Shown here piece by piece: positions 34,631 to 44,528 of a DNA stretch of 64,000 bases. The DNA lies in IMG/VR virus record IMGVR_UViG_3300042887_000976, positions 1-64,000 of that record, one strand, 5' to 3'. The position numbers were made by a program, and so were the translations under genes. The notes under the pieces were generated by a model. It was not told the origin of the DNA, ran no database searches, and saw only the letters and a program-made list of their open reading frames with translations. How positions within the stretch are numbered: position 1 is the first letter of the stretch; each line of letters starts with the position of its first letter. This DNA comes from a virus.

Positions 34631-35532
34631 TTAAACCACTTTGGAATAGCAGAGGCTGAGGAAACGGCTTCTACGATTTTATCGTCAGTCATATCCCCAA
34701 TATCTTTTGCGTTAGTACCATCATAGTTTAGCCAAAGAACGCCCTTGCGAAAACGTGGCAAGGTATCAAATAACTTTTTAGAAGCGGTAATACCTGCTTC
34801 ATCATTGTCCATGGCAACAATCAAACGGTCAGCATATTGTTCTAGCAAGTTAATCTGAGTCGTGCTGATAGCAGCCCCAAAACTAGCGAGACCCTGAATT
34901 TCTGAATGAATGCTTGTAAGGCGAACAACATCTAAGGGTGACTCAAGCAAAATTGCAGTCCCTCCTTTAAAGCGTTCAAGACCAAATAAAGTTTCAGACT
35001 TCTTAACACCTACAGGGTAGTTACGAACCCACCCACTCTTTTTAGATTGCCACCCCAAAAGTTCTCGTTCACGAGTAAACAAAGGAAGAACCCAACACTC
35101 ATTCTTTGTATCCCAACGCACAGAGTGCAACCTACAGGCTTCTTCTGTAAGGTTTTTTGTTTGTAATACATCTTGAGGAATATCGGCAAACTTGGAGTAC
35201 TGCACAATGTCCGCTTCTTGTCTATGCACAACAGTTGGCATAGTAAGACGTTCTAGTCCCATAGTTGCAATAGTTGCGTAGTAGTCATATGCAGGTTGGT
35301 CAGAACCTGTTAAGTCTTGTACAAGTCCCATTAGTGAACCACGAGCACCACAAGAAAAACAAATCCATGCTCCTGTTGAAGCATTCATAGACCATGAAGG
35401 AGACCCATCTGCTTTGCCAGTTCTTGTTATGTGTACAGGACAGCGACCACTAATCTCACGTTCACCAACATTAGTGACTTCAACACCAATGGAGGTAAGC
35501 ACATCTACAAGACTAGTAGTACCAGTTTCCAT
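34627..35532 (-). CDS. dnaG: DNA primase (CHC2 zinc finger + TOPRIM)
   Basis: CPVH...CFSCG; LESPLD; MDNDEAG; KD.GD. Confidence 0.88.
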   Translation of the reverse strand: METGTTSLVDVLTSIGVEVTNVGEREISGRCPVHITRTGKADGSPSWSMNASTGAWICFSCGARGSLMGLVQDLTGSDQPAYDYYATIATMGLERLTMPTVVHRQEADIVQYSKFADIPQDVLQTKNLTEEACRLHSVRWDTKNECWVLPLFTRERELLGWQSKKSGWVRNYPVGVKKSETLFGLERFKGGTAILLESPLDVVRLTSIHSEIQGLASFGAAISTTQINLLEQYADRLIVAMDNDEAGITASKKLFDTLPRFRKGVLWLNYDGTNAKDIGDMTDDKIVEAVSSASAIPKWFK

Positions 35533-36763
35533 GACTGTCATCTTCATCTACCTCCGTAAAGTCCATGTTGTCCCAATCCCATTTAATGCGCACTTCACCT
35601 TTAGGAGCAGTACGAGCAAGAAGGACTCGGATGATTGCTTGGTTATCAATGTCAGGGTCTGATTCAACACCCAACACTAAGTCAGAGTCTTGAGCAAACG
35701 AAGAGGTGTATCCAATTGCATCAGCAGTTACTTGACGAGTTTTCTTGTTCCCCAACTTCCATGACAACACCTGGGTTGTAATAACGATAGGGATATCAAA
35801 ACGCTGTGCAAGACGCTTCAGAGAGCGTGTGATGTTAGTAAGCGCTTGTGGGCTACCTTTGGGTTCACCTTGCTCGTCATCCATCAAGTACACACCGTCA
35901 ACAAACAGAACGCTTGGGCGATACTGCTGTACTTTTCCAGTCAGTGCTGAAACAGTTGTAAGAGAAGAAGTGTCTTCAGTCATTACGAAAGGGTGCATGT
36001 TCTTTTGAAGACGCAAAGCCTTTGACAACTTCTCCATGTCTTTTTGAGACATGTCTCCACGCAAGATGCGGGTATGCGAAACACCCGATAGCAGTGCGTC
36101 ATAACGAGCAGTCTGCTCTTCAATACTCATTTCAAAAGAAACATACATTGGTGATGTTCCGTGCATGTGAGCAGCACTTGCCATGATGAGTGTCATTAAT
36201 GACTTACCCTTTTTGGCTTCACCAACAAAAGTAATTAACTGTTGTGGACGTAACCCTGCGGTAATGCGGTCAAGACCTGTAAAACCAGTTGGTATACCAC
36301 GCAATGAGTTTGGTGTGTTACGCATCTCTTCATAACGAGCAAGGCGTTCCTCCCAGTTACTAATGATGTCCACATCCCGAAGGCGAGCAGTTTCTGTACT
36401 GGCACGTTGTAGACCTGCGGAAAGTTCTTTATAGGCTTCTTCAATGTGGTTGTTGTTCAACGCAGGCATCGCAGCCGCAATTGATTGAATCAAATGTTCA
36501 CGTTTGAACGCTTCATAAATTTCATCTACAAGAGCAGAGAAAGGTTCAGCAGATGCATCCAGCAATAAAGTATCTGCGTACTCTTGCTTAAACGCACGAG
36601 CAGATGGAACTGCACTGTGTTCACGCCAATATGAAAGAATCCAAATCCATACTTCAGAAAAGTTAGGGCTGAAGTGCGAAGGCTTGATACCTGCGTTTAC
36701 AACTTCTGTAACCGATGATTCTTGGATGACTTTGCTAATTAAGAGATGTTCGGCGCTTGCCAT
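35513..36763 (-). CDS. dnaB: DnaB-like replicative helicase
   Basis: GIPTGF..LD..T.GL, G..K.GKS, SFEM, VDG.YLM, TQ, QDSD. Confidence 0.92.
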   Translation of the reverse strand: MASAEHLLISKVIQESSVTEVVNAGIKPSHFSPNFSEVWIWILSYWREHSAVPSARAFKQEYADTLLLDASAEPFSALVDEIYEAFKREHLIQSIAAAMPALNNNHIEEAYKELSAGLQRASTETARLRDVDIISNWEERLARYEEMRNTPNSLRGIPTGFTGLDRITAGLRPQQLITFVGEAKKGKSLMTLIMASAAHMHGTSPMYVSFEMSIEEQTARYDALLSGVSHTRILRGDMSQKDMEKLSKALRLQKNMHPFVMTEDTSSLTTVSALTGKVQQYRPSVLFVDGVYLMDDEQGEPKGSPQALTNITRSLKRLAQRFDIPIVITTQVLSWKLGNKKTRQVTADAIGYTSSFAQDSDLVLGVESDPDIDNQAIIRVLLARTAPKGEVRIKWDWDNMDFTEVDEDDSHGNWYY

Positions 36764-37188
36764 TACAGCATCCATGCTTTCTGTGGGTCAACTACTGTTG
36801 CACGGATACCAATGATAGCGGCCTGTTCTTGAGTAGGAACAAGTATCCTACGGATAGAATGCTTAAAACGCAAGTCGTATGCCAACTCTTCAATATTTGA
36901 GTAAGCAAGCACTGGCAGTGATACACCTTTGCGAAAGAACCAACTTTCAATTTCTTCAGGGTACGGCAAGAAAGTATAAATTTCTGTGCTAACGCCTAAA
37001 CGGTCTGAGGTGTCAATCAATGCTTTCAAAGGTAGGTCATTAGGTTTCCAATGACGAATCTCTTTCTCAGCAGTTTCTGTACTGCGCTTAAAGATGTTGT
37101 ACTTTTTATCAGGAGGAGTTGCAAGCAGTCCTTCAAAGATAACGCCCTGACCAGCGTCTACGCCAAGACTAATATCGTTACCCTGCAC
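36763..37188 (-). CDS. Hypothetical protein (degenerate HAD-like)
   Basis: MQGNDIS...VIFEGL; GTG start. Confidence 0.6.
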   Translation of the reverse strand: MQGNDISLGVDAGQGVIFEGLLATPPDKKYNIFKRSTETAEKEIRHWKPNDLPLKALIDTSDRLGVSTEIYTFLPYPEEIESWFFRKGVSLPVLAYSNIEELAYDLRFKHSIRRILVPTQEQAAIIGIRATVVDPQKAWML

Positions 37189-37819
37189 GGCGTGTCCTAT
37201 AGTCCAGTCCTGCTGTTTCAATAATGAAACTGCTCTCATGGATGACTGATGCAAGGTGTTGCCCGTAGCGGTGTGCAATTGTGTCTGGTGTCAAAATAGA
37301 AGTGATAAGAGTTGTTTTCTTTTCTTCATAGCGATTGTCAATTAATGCTGCCAACGCACTGCGTGCGAAGTCAGTTGTTGTGCGTTCTGAGCCAAGACTG
37401 TCCAAAACAAGGATGTCAAAAGTACGGCGCATGTACATAAGCAAGTTTGGGTCTGAGTAGCCATCCGACAACTCACCGTGGTTGCGAGTCTCGTCATAAA
37501 CCATATCCAAGTAACGGTCAGCAGTAATAAAGATTCCTGAAAGCAAATTGTTTTGCAGGGCTTCTTTCAAGGCTGCTTGAACCAAGTGGGTCTTACCTGT
37601 ACCTGTTGGCCCAAATAGAAAAATACCCATTCCATTTTGAACATGCTTTTCAGCAGAGCCAGACCACTTCTGTACACCTGCAAAAGAAGCAGGGTCTCCT
37701 TTATCCTGGTCATAAGTTGTAAAACTCTTATCTGCATAACGAGCAGGTACACGAGCATTTTTTAAACGTTCATCTACTGGTCGGTTTCTCCAGTAGCGGT
37801 CGCTACGCCATTCAGCCAT
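37178..37819 (-). CDS. DnaC/IstB-like AAA+ helicase loader
   Basis: P.RY....F..Y, GPTGTGKTHL, LVLD.LG.E, RY.....T.ITS. Confidence 0.88.
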   Translation of the reverse strand: MAEWRSDRYWRNRPVDERLKNARVPARYADKSFTTYDQDKGDPASFAGVQKWSGSAEKHVQNGMGIFLFGPTGTGKTHLVQAALKEALQNNLLSGIFITADRYLDMVYDETRNHGELSDGYSDPNLLMYMRRTFDILVLDSLGSERTTTDFARSALAALIDNRYEEKKTTLITSILTPDTIAHRYGQHLASVIHESSFIIETAGLDYRTRRAG

Positions 37820-38235
37820 TAATCCTCCATCAATCTAGCGTCAAGTCCCCACTTGCCGTATTCTTCATTAGGGTTGCTGGTACGGAAACTTTGAGCAAGT
37901 GCGTCAAGGTCTCCCAAGAATACACGCCAAGCCAAAAGTTCTGGCTTTAAAGGTTTCGTCCGCAACTTACTAGCGAAGGTGTCAATCATGCCACGAATAT
38001 CTGCGTGTGTAAAGCCCGCTTCAACAAGTTTTTTAAAACCTTTAATTAGGGCGGGACCATTGACGGGGGCACCTATGCGAGCCATGGTTTCTATTGGCAT
38101 TGCATTACTAAAATAATAAACTAATCCTGTTAGGCTATCCTGACGGGGTTTCTTCTTGGGGACTGCAACTTCTTTTGGGCTGTCGGGGTCACTCCCAATG
38201 GCGTTGCCCCAGTCATCATGATGTCGTGATGTCAT
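37819..38235 (-). CDS. Hypothetical protein
   Basis: Coupled between the initiator and the loader. Confidence 0.7.
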   Translation of the reverse strand: MTSRHHDDWGNAIGSDPDSPKEVAVPKKKPRQDSLTGLVYYFSNAMPIETMARIGAPVNGPALIKGFKKLVEAGFTHADIRGMIDTFASKLRTKPLKPELLAWRVFLGDLDALAQSFRTSNPNEEYGKWGLDARLMED

Positions 38236-38723
38236 GACATCAACCTAGAGTCAATCCTCTCAAATCCTTTCTTCTTCTTTTCTTCTTGTTCTTTACTCTT
38301 GTTAGGGGTGTCAGGGGTGACACTACCTATGGTGTCAGGGGTGACACTACCTGGTGTCAGGGGTGACACTAGGGGGGTGGTATCACCAGTGACACCATCA
38401 GGCAGTTTAAAAGTGTTTGGATTGTTAAAGTTCATGGAGTAAATGTTGGGTGCATTGCGCCCACCTTTAGAGCGTTTTGTCTTTATAAGCACACCCATTT
38501 CACAGAGTTTCTGTATTGCCCTAATGACCGTGCTACGGCTCAAACCTGAGTTCTTTGCCAAGGTGTTGTAACTAGCCCAGACGTTCTGGTCGGCATCTAG
38601 ATAACAACACAAATGCATCAGAACTAACGCCGTAGTTCCATCGTCATTCAGGTACTGGAGTACCCACCGTGGAATAGCCAGAAAGGGCCCTGAGAAGCGA
38701 TTTAAAGGGCGTTTAGTAGACAT
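38232..38723 (-). CDS. HTH replication initiator-like protein
   Basis: S..TLA...GLSRSTV.RAI..L...G.L......N.Y winged helix; internal iterons; upstream of the DnaC-like gene. Confidence 0.8.
   Translation of the reverse strand: MSTKRPLNRFSGPFLAIPRWVLQYLNDDGTTALVLMHLCCYLDADQNVWASYNTLAKNSGLSRSTVIRAIQKLCEMGVLIKTKRSKGGRNAPNIYSMNFNNPNTFKLPDGVTGDTTPLVSPLTPGSVTPDTIGSVTPDTPNKSKEQEEKKKKGFERIDSRLMS
38308..38395. repeat. Iteron-like palindromic repeats (candidate origin)
   Basis: GTGTCA-GGGG-TGACAC at 38308, 38332, 38354; degenerate GTATCACCAGTGACAC at 38380; pyrimidine-rich AT tract at 38266-38300. Confidence 0.8.
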
Positions 38724-38746
38724 GTGGTACCTCCGTAGGGGTTGTA

Positions 38747-38784
38747 AGTGTACACCCACCTGAGGGCGTATGCAACGCTATACT
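38747..38784. promoter_or_regulatory. Back-to-back promoters
   Basis: Minus: TTGCAT-17bp-TACACT (38775-38747); plus: TATACT at 38779. Confidence 0.6.
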
Positions 38785-38790
38785 GGTTAA

Positions 38791-39039
38791 ATGACTCAAG
38801 AGCCAGAATCTATTGATGTTACCCAAGATGGTGATGTTCACCACCTTGAAGATACGGGTGTAACCAAAGGGATTAACTTCCTTAACTACCACGTTTTTAA
38901 CAGTGGTGGCAAGCACCTTATGACTGGTACCGCTTTAGGTAAACGTAACCTTGAATTCCGCCGAGCAGAAGCCACATCGGGTGGCTGGCACTTTAAAGAG
39001 TGCACAGGCGATAACTGCAATCATGAAAGTCCTGAATAA
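38791..39039 (+). CDS. Hypothetical protein
   Basis: First gene of the + strand operon. Confidence 0.6.
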   Translation: MTQEPESIDVTQDGDVHHLEDTGVTKGINFLNYHVFNSGGKHLMTGTALGKRNLEFRRAEATSGGWHFKECTGDNCNHESPE

Positions 39040-39206
39040 TGGCTAGTAAAAAAGAAGTATGGGATAAACCAGACCCATCTAAAAAAGATAAGAAGTTGAC
39101 TCCTGAGCAGAAGTCCGAGGCTAAAGCCCGTGCCAAAGCAGCAGGTCGTCCTTACCCCAATCTCGTAGACAACATGGCTGTGTCTAAGAAAGATAAAAAG
39201 AAGTAA
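39039..39206 (+). CDS. Small basic protein (55 aa, not in track)
   Basis: Manual translation MASKKEVWDKP...AKARAKAAGRPYPNLVDNM...; TAATG coupling at both ends. Confidence 0.7.
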   Translation: MASKKEVWDKPDPSKKDKKLTPEQKSEAKARAKAAGRPYPNLVDNMAVSKKDKKK

Positions 39207-39475
39207 TGGCTGCAAAGAAGCGAGACCCACGCTTGGAGCGTGCAGGTGTATCAGGTTTCAACAAACCAAAAGCAACACCTGACCATCCAACCAAATCACA
39301 TATTGTTGTGGCTAAACAAGGCGACCAGATTAAGACCATCCGTTTTGGTCAGCAAGGTGTAGAAGGTTCACCTGATGGTTCTGCACGCAACAAAGCATTT
39401 AAAGACCGACATGCCAAGAACATTGCCAAAGGCAAGATGAGCGCTGCTTATTGGGCAAATAAGGAGAAATGGTGA
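39206..39475 (+). CDS. Small basic conserved phage protein
   Basis: NKPK.TP.HP.KSH.V......IRFGQQG, F..RH, SAAYWA.K.KW. Confidence 0.8.
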   Translation: MAAKKRDPRLERAGVSGFNKPKATPDHPTKSHIVVAKQGDQIKTIRFGQQGVEGSPDGSARNKAFKDRHAKNIAKGKMSAAYWANKEKW

Positions 39476-39906
39476 GCACATTAACTAACGACCTAAAGAC
39501 ACTGTTATCTGATTCGGTAACAATGTACTTTGTTGCCCATGGTTACCATTGGAACGTAGAAGGTTCCGATTTCAGTCAATACCATTCTTTGTTTGCGGAC
39601 ATTTATGAAGATGTGTATTCCAGCATTGACCCCATTGCTGAAAACCTTCGTAAACTGGATGAGTATGCACCGTTCACTCTAAGCAAGTTCATTGACCTCA
39701 GAACGGTTGAAAGTGTTGAAGTGGCACCTAACCCCAAAGCAATGGCAAAAGCCCTGCTAAAAGTTAACGAGGGTGTTCTCGTAACAATTGGCAAGGCGTT
39801 TGCTTCGGCTACTAAAGCCAATGAACAGGGTATTGCTAATTTCTTGGCAGAGCGTGAAGACATGCACAAGAAATGGCAGTGGCAGTTGACTGCCTCCACT
39901 AAGTAA
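39469..39906 (+). CDS. dps: Dps-family ferritin-like protein
   Basis: H.YHWNV.G..F...H..F...Y......D..AE..R.L; H.K..W.L. Confidence 0.92.
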   Translation: MVSTLTNDLKTLLSDSVTMYFVAHGYHWNVEGSDFSQYHSLFADIYEDVYSSIDPIAENLRKLDEYAPFTLSKFIDLRTVESVEVAPNPKAMAKALLKVNEGVLVTIGKAFASATKANEQGIANFLAEREDMHKKWQWQLTASTK

Positions 39907-40659
39907 CTAAGCGGTTTTTAACTCTTCAATAAACCACTTAACCAAGATTGGTGGAAGTGGGTGAGTATGTACTTCACCATTTTGAAGCCATGTAAAGAAA
40001 CCATTTCCAATCTCTTGGGACTCATGTACATCAGCAACCACAATGGGTTCATCTTCTACTAAGACATCTACTAACTCTTGTTTAGACATCCCACTTGCGT
40101 CAGCAATTCCTTGTGCAAAAGCAGCCTTCTTCAAAAGACCAATAGTCATGTCGCCCAATTCATCACGAGTAAGTGGTTCTAATTCCACCTCTGCTTTTGG
40201 TGTCGGTGTTTCTGTAATGGTCGGTTCTTCAACTGTAGCCTCAACCACAAATGGAGTAAGACCATTACTAAGTTCCAAAACGTTAACTCCCAAATCAGTC
40301 GCAGCAACTACTAACCGATTCATGCGCCGTTCGTCTACATCATCCCAAAGGATAAGAAGAGTGCCAGCATTAGCGGCAAGTTCTTTGATGATAGTAACGT
40401 CTGCGGAGTCTCCACCGTCCACAATGTAATCGGCTGTTTCAACAAGCACCTTTGGTGCTGAACCATTTTGAGATACTGCCAAGAATGGGATGTTATTATC
40501 CAGCACGTATGTGTACACACGCTTCTCAGATTCTGAAGCGCCCTTACGGCAGTTCAAATACAGAATGTGGTCGGCATCATTGCTGTAAATGTCTTTTAAG
40601 CAATCTTCAATAATGTTTTCTGGGTGTTCGCCACCGCCTACAATTCCATAATGTGTCAT
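39907..40659 (-). CDS. Hypothetical protein with Rho-N-like C-terminal motif
   Basis: L..MT...LK..A...GI.....M.K.ELV..L. Confidence 0.7.
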   Translation of the reverse strand: MTHYGIVGGGEHPENIIEDCLKDIYSNDADHILYLNCRKGASESEKRVYTYVLDNNIPFLAVSQNGSAPKVLVETADYIVDGGDSADVTIIKELAANAGTLLILWDDVDERRMNRLVVAATDLGVNVLELSNGLTPFVVEATVEEPTITETPTPKAEVELEPLTRDELGDMTIGLLKKAAFAQGIADASGMSKQELVDVLVEDEPIVVADVHESQEIGNGFFTWLQNGEVHTHPLPPILVKWFIEELKTA

Positions 40660-40662
40660 TTT

Positions 40663-40917
40663 TTACCTCAATACTTTTCGTTGTGTCATGTCCCCCACAA
40701 GCACTAGCAAGCGGAGGAACGCATGCACTGTACCAGCAAGGGTAGCAATTGCACAACCTGCAACAAAGATATTAGGTAGACCTAACACAAGTGCAAGTAT
40801 AAAACTGACCAAAAGGGAGAAAATTACCTTTACCCAAGGCATGGCTTCTTTAGGTGTGAGCGTGTCCAACACATGTGTAATTTTGTAAACTGCTAGTGCT
40901 CCAAGTATATAATCCAT
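40663..40917 (-). CDS. Small membrane protein (holin-like)
   Basis: Three hydrophobic segments, basic tail, at the end of the tail module. Confidence 0.5.
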   Translation of the reverse strand: MDYILGALAVYKITHVLDTLTPKEAMPWVKVIFSLLVSFILALVLGLPNIFVAGCAIATLAGTVHAFLRLLVLVGDMTQRKVLR

Positions 40918-40920
40918 TTT

Positions 40921-42594
40921 TTACTTTCCGTAGTAGTAGTTCCATACTATGTCTATTTGGTCTTTAATGGTTACAGGCGCAATATAATTTATAATGATGT
41001 CTCTGGTAACCGTGTTGATTTTTTGGTAATCAAGCATGTAATACGAAAAAGAGTTTTTTGCTGTACCGTGCCAACGATAGTCTGAAATACCTGTACCGAT
41101 TCCAGAAGCGGCTGGAAGCAAACCACCTTCACGGGTATTACCATCAAAGTATGAGCCAACAGAGAAGGGTTCTACTAGCCAGTTTGTTAATGTCACAATG
41201 GCATTAGCAGCAAGAGTAAAATACAACACAGGTACAAGGTTAACAGTTGTTTCGCTTGTACTGTTATACGGAATTTCGTAACGTTCTTCAAGAGGGTTAA
41301 ACGTGTCTACAGGAAGTTTTTGTTGTGTGGTATTCCAAGTGTCATAAAGGATGTTTGATGGCACAGACCCTCCAGAAACATTAGATTCCCATGATGACAT
41401 TTTGTCAGTTGTAGCAAGATGAAAATTATTAAAAGAAGCGCCAGCCGTTTGAGTGCTTGTAAAGTTAGTGTAAAGGTCACCCGCTGGGTAATAAGGAAAG
41501 GCTGTACGTTGGTACACCAAAACATCTATAGTTCCAGTTCCCACATTCTTTACGGTAAGTGTAGAACCATTGGTAGTTACAGATGCCCCAGTTGTACTGG
41601 TTGTACCATACGAGTAAACACCCCAAGTAGCAGAACGTGTTAAAGAGGTTTTGAAAATAGCGCCCGTACCAGTTGTGGTTGCTACCACAGCCTGATTGAA
41701 CGTTGGGTCAGCAGCAAAGTTAACTCTTTGAGAATGTACTTTAAAAGTATAAGAAGCGCCAGCGCCTGTCCCTGTTGTTTCATAACTAATAGCACAACCA
41801 GTTAACGCTGAAAGGTAATAAGAAATACTTTCAATAGTTCCTTTTCGGCGGCGAATATAACCAATGTTATTAAGAAGGTTACGAACTCTTGTAGTGCCAA
41901 CAATATCAATGCTTGTTTCTAATCCTAGTTGTGTTGCAAGTTCGTGTAATGCTGGGGTTACAGCAAGTTCAGGGTCAATAGACAGGGGTATTGTTTCAAT
42001 AAGCGTTCGTGTTTTATCTATTTCCCACCCAAACAACTCTAAAAAATTGTAAAGAGGATTACCTTCTTGGTTAGCGTCTAAAATTCTGTAATACTCAGGA
42101 ATACGTGCCCAAAGGTTGTCTATAGAATTATAAGCAATAGGTATTTGAATGTAAAGTTTTGCTACTCGTTCATACCAAGTTGTTCCTGCAAAATCTGAAT
42201 ATTGAATAAACAACGAATAGTAAACCCACCTACCTGGTGAAACTCTAATTGTGTCATATATTGAAAGTACATCATTACGACTATCTTTATAAATCTGTGC
42301 GCCATCTTTAATGGTAAGTGGTTCACCTGTAGTAGAGGCTACTATTGCCATAGATATAGGTGCCGCTGATTCACCTGCTGGTAAAGAAGTTTGAAATGTA
42401 AAAGAAAAATCCCAAGAAAGCGTTAATTTGTCAGTATCAATAATATTGGCAGTAAACAAGTTAGCATCTGCATCGCCTACATTTGCTAACGAAACGTATG
42501 CGTCTGACCGCAGGGCCGTGTCTTCACCCGTACCTTGAAGGAACGAACCATAACCTGCACTAAGTTTTCTAAGAGTAAAGGAAGTAGTTGTCAT
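40921..42594 (-). CDS. Baseplate wedge / tail protein (P2 gpI-like domain)
   Basis: IPEYYR.D, FL..F, L..LA..LG, RRKGT..SI; follows the baseplate J gene. Confidence 0.7.
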   Translation of the reverse strand: MTTTSFTLRKLSAGYGSFLQGTGEDTALRSDAYVSLANVGDADANLFTANIIDTDKLTLSWDFSFTFQTSLPAGESAAPISMAIVASTTGEPLTIKDGAQIYKDSRNDVLSIYDTIRVSPGRWVYYSLFIQYSDFAGTTWYERVAKLYIQIPIAYNSIDNLWARIPEYYRILDANQEGNPLYNFLELFGWEIDKTRTLIETIPLSIDPELAVTPALHELATQLGLETSIDIVGTTRVRNLLNNIGYIRRRKGTIESISYYLSALTGCAISYETTGTGAGASYTFKVHSQRVNFAADPTFNQAVVATTTGTGAIFKTSLTRSATWGVYSYGTTSTTGASVTTNGSTLTVKNVGTGTIDVLVYQRTAFPYYPAGDLYTNFTSTQTAGASFNNFHLATTDKMSSWESNVSGGSVPSNILYDTWNTTQQKLPVDTFNPLEERYEIPYNSTSETTVNLVPVLYFTLAANAIVTLTNWLVEPFSVGSYFDGNTREGGLLPAASGIGTGISDYRWHGTAKNSFSYYMLDYQKINTVTRDIIINYIAPVTIKDQIDIVWNYYYGK

Positions 42595-44117
42595 TATGCG
42601 CCAACCACACCACCTGTAATGCCACTTAAATCGTAGTCAACGGCTTTCTTTAAAAGACTTGTAGGTGCAGCAGTTATTTTGTTTCCTGAAGCAATAGCAA
42701 CTCCTGATGAAGTGTTAAACCTTGAAATGCTTACGTAATCTACACCTTCTACATTCATAATTAATTTATAGATTTCTCCAAGAGATAAAACTTGTCCAAA
42801 ATACACTGCATCAAATTCAAAAATAGTATCAAGAGCAGCAGTTACTGCATCTCTAACTGAACGTTGTACATAACCGTCTTTAACTACTACATTTGCAGTA
42901 ATGTAAACAGAAGTTAAATCCACAGAACTTGCTGCTGTAGCACTCGCACCAAGCATTATTTTTGGTTCAAAATACGTAATTGCATTTGTTTGTATGTTTG
43001 CTGGAATACTAATTGTTGAACCAAATGAAGGAAGTAAATAGTCAGTTTGAAAAGGCACTGCATAAAGTGTGACTGTACTGCCAGCATTTGAAGCAGTTGC
43101 CTTAGAAACACCAGGAATGCGCAATGACAAATCTTTAAAATCTTGTAATGAAACTGCTCTGTCTTGTGTTCTAAGTAACGCAGGTATATTTGCTTTCATA
43201 GAAAGTACGGACTCTGCGTCATAACCACCAACAGCAGCCGTTGAAGAATCTACCTTTACACCTATAGGGGTGTTACTCGCAAAAGCAGTAATTTTGTTTG
43301 CTTTTATGTTGCCATAACTACCAGACGACCTGATATACGAAACTTTAATTTCTGCACCACTTTGTGGAATTTTACCATTAATACCATTACCAAAAACAAT
43401 TTGACTGATATTGTCAGCAGATGTTGCTAATGAAAAAACACGTTCATAAGAAGCCACATCAATCAAACGGTCAACATACCGATAAGAAACTGCTGTAGGT
43501 AAACCATTTACATCTAAAGCACCTTCATATACTAGAACACTTATACTACTTGCTAAAACATTACTGTATCTAAGATTAAATTTTTGATTAGATGTACCAT
43601 TACTAAAGTTTGCACTAATACTAGTTGTATTAGTAGGCGATTCGTTTATAACAGCAATTCCTTCTGTAAGGGGGATGGTTACAGCAGTAGACGATGAAGC
43701 CATAGATGCAGAGGTAGTTGATACAAAATAAACAGTTGTTTCATTATCATTTTGTGCTGGGGCTACAAACGAAGTGTAGGCAGGTATTTCTACAAGTCCT
43801 GTCCAAGCCGCCGTAGAAACTAAAGTAACAGTGGCTTTTGCTGCGTTCATTTTAATAGGTTCGTAATCTACAAGATTTGAAAAAGCAAGTAACGATTCAC
43901 GTTGCGTAGCAGTGCTTACAAAAGTTTCAGCAGCAGCACGGTCTACATAAAAATGAAGAACGTCACCCATGTATGCCCAAAGGTCTACAAGCATTACACC
44001 AAAATCTGAGGTGGAACGAGTATTCCAAGAAGCCCCAATAGGGAGTTCAGCGGCACGTGACAATAAGTCTTCTTTAATAGAATAATAATCACGGCTTGTA
44101 TAATCAAAAATTGGCAT
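42594..44117 (-). CDS. Baseplate wedge protein (J / gp6-like)
   Basis: DYTSRDY, D.G..L..L.AY.GD.L.FY.D, FGNG..GK.P, GG...ES, DRAV...D. Confidence 0.9.
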   Translation of the reverse strand: MPIFDYTSRDYYSIKEDLLSRAAELPIGASWNTRSTSDFGVMLVDLWAYMGDVLHFYVDRAAAETFVSTATQRESLLAFSNLVDYEPIKMNAAKATVTLVSTAAWTGLVEIPAYTSFVAPAQNDNETTVYFVSTTSASMASSSTAVTIPLTEGIAVINESPTNTTSISANFSNGTSNQKFNLRYSNVLASSISVLVYEGALDVNGLPTAVSYRYVDRLIDVASYERVFSLATSADNISQIVFGNGINGKIPQSGAEIKVSYIRSSGSYGNIKANKITAFASNTPIGVKVDSSTAAVGGYDAESVLSMKANIPALLRTQDRAVSLQDFKDLSLRIPGVSKATASNAGSTVTLYAVPFQTDYLLPSFGSTISIPANIQTNAITYFEPKIMLGASATAASSVDLTSVYITANVVVKDGYVQRSVRDAVTAALDTIFEFDAVYFGQVLSLGEIYKLIMNVEGVDYVSISRFNTSSGVAIASGNKITAAPTSLLKKAVDYDLSGITGGVVGA

Positions 44118-44129
44118 ATCTATATCCTA

Positions 44130-44519
44130 CTAAAAATCGGAACTTACATTAAAAGTAAAAGTTGTAATTGAATTTGTGGTAGGTAAAGAATACACCACAG
44201 TTATAGCAATTGTACTGTCTTCTACAAAGGCTGTTTGAATAAGGTCTTCTTGAGCAATTGATATGTCTAACACGCTACCAGTATCAAGAACTTCATTAAT
44301 TTTTACAAGTGCTTCTGATTTAAAATCATCAAAAAGTAGGCTGTCTATGGACTCATACAAAAGCGACTGTATACCTACCCCATAACTAGTATTAATAGCC
44401 CTTTCGGCACTATTTGTGATTAACACATCTACAATTTTATTTTGGGTAATAATAGCAATATCTGAGGATTCACTGACTCCCCCATTACTAAATGAAAATG
44501 GAATATTAATTGATTTCAT
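44130..44519 (-). CDS. Baseplate wedge subunit (gp25-like)
   Basis: I.IPF.F, VL.T...ER.....YG.....LL.E. Confidence 0.8.
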   Translation of the reverse strand: MKSINIPFSFSNGGVSESSDIAIITQNKIVDVLITNSAERAINTSYGVGIQSLLYESIDSLLFDDFKSEALVKINEVLDTGSVLDISIAQEDLIQTAFVEDSTIAITVVYSLPTTNSITTFTFNVSSDF

Positions 44520-44528
44520 AATAACTCG

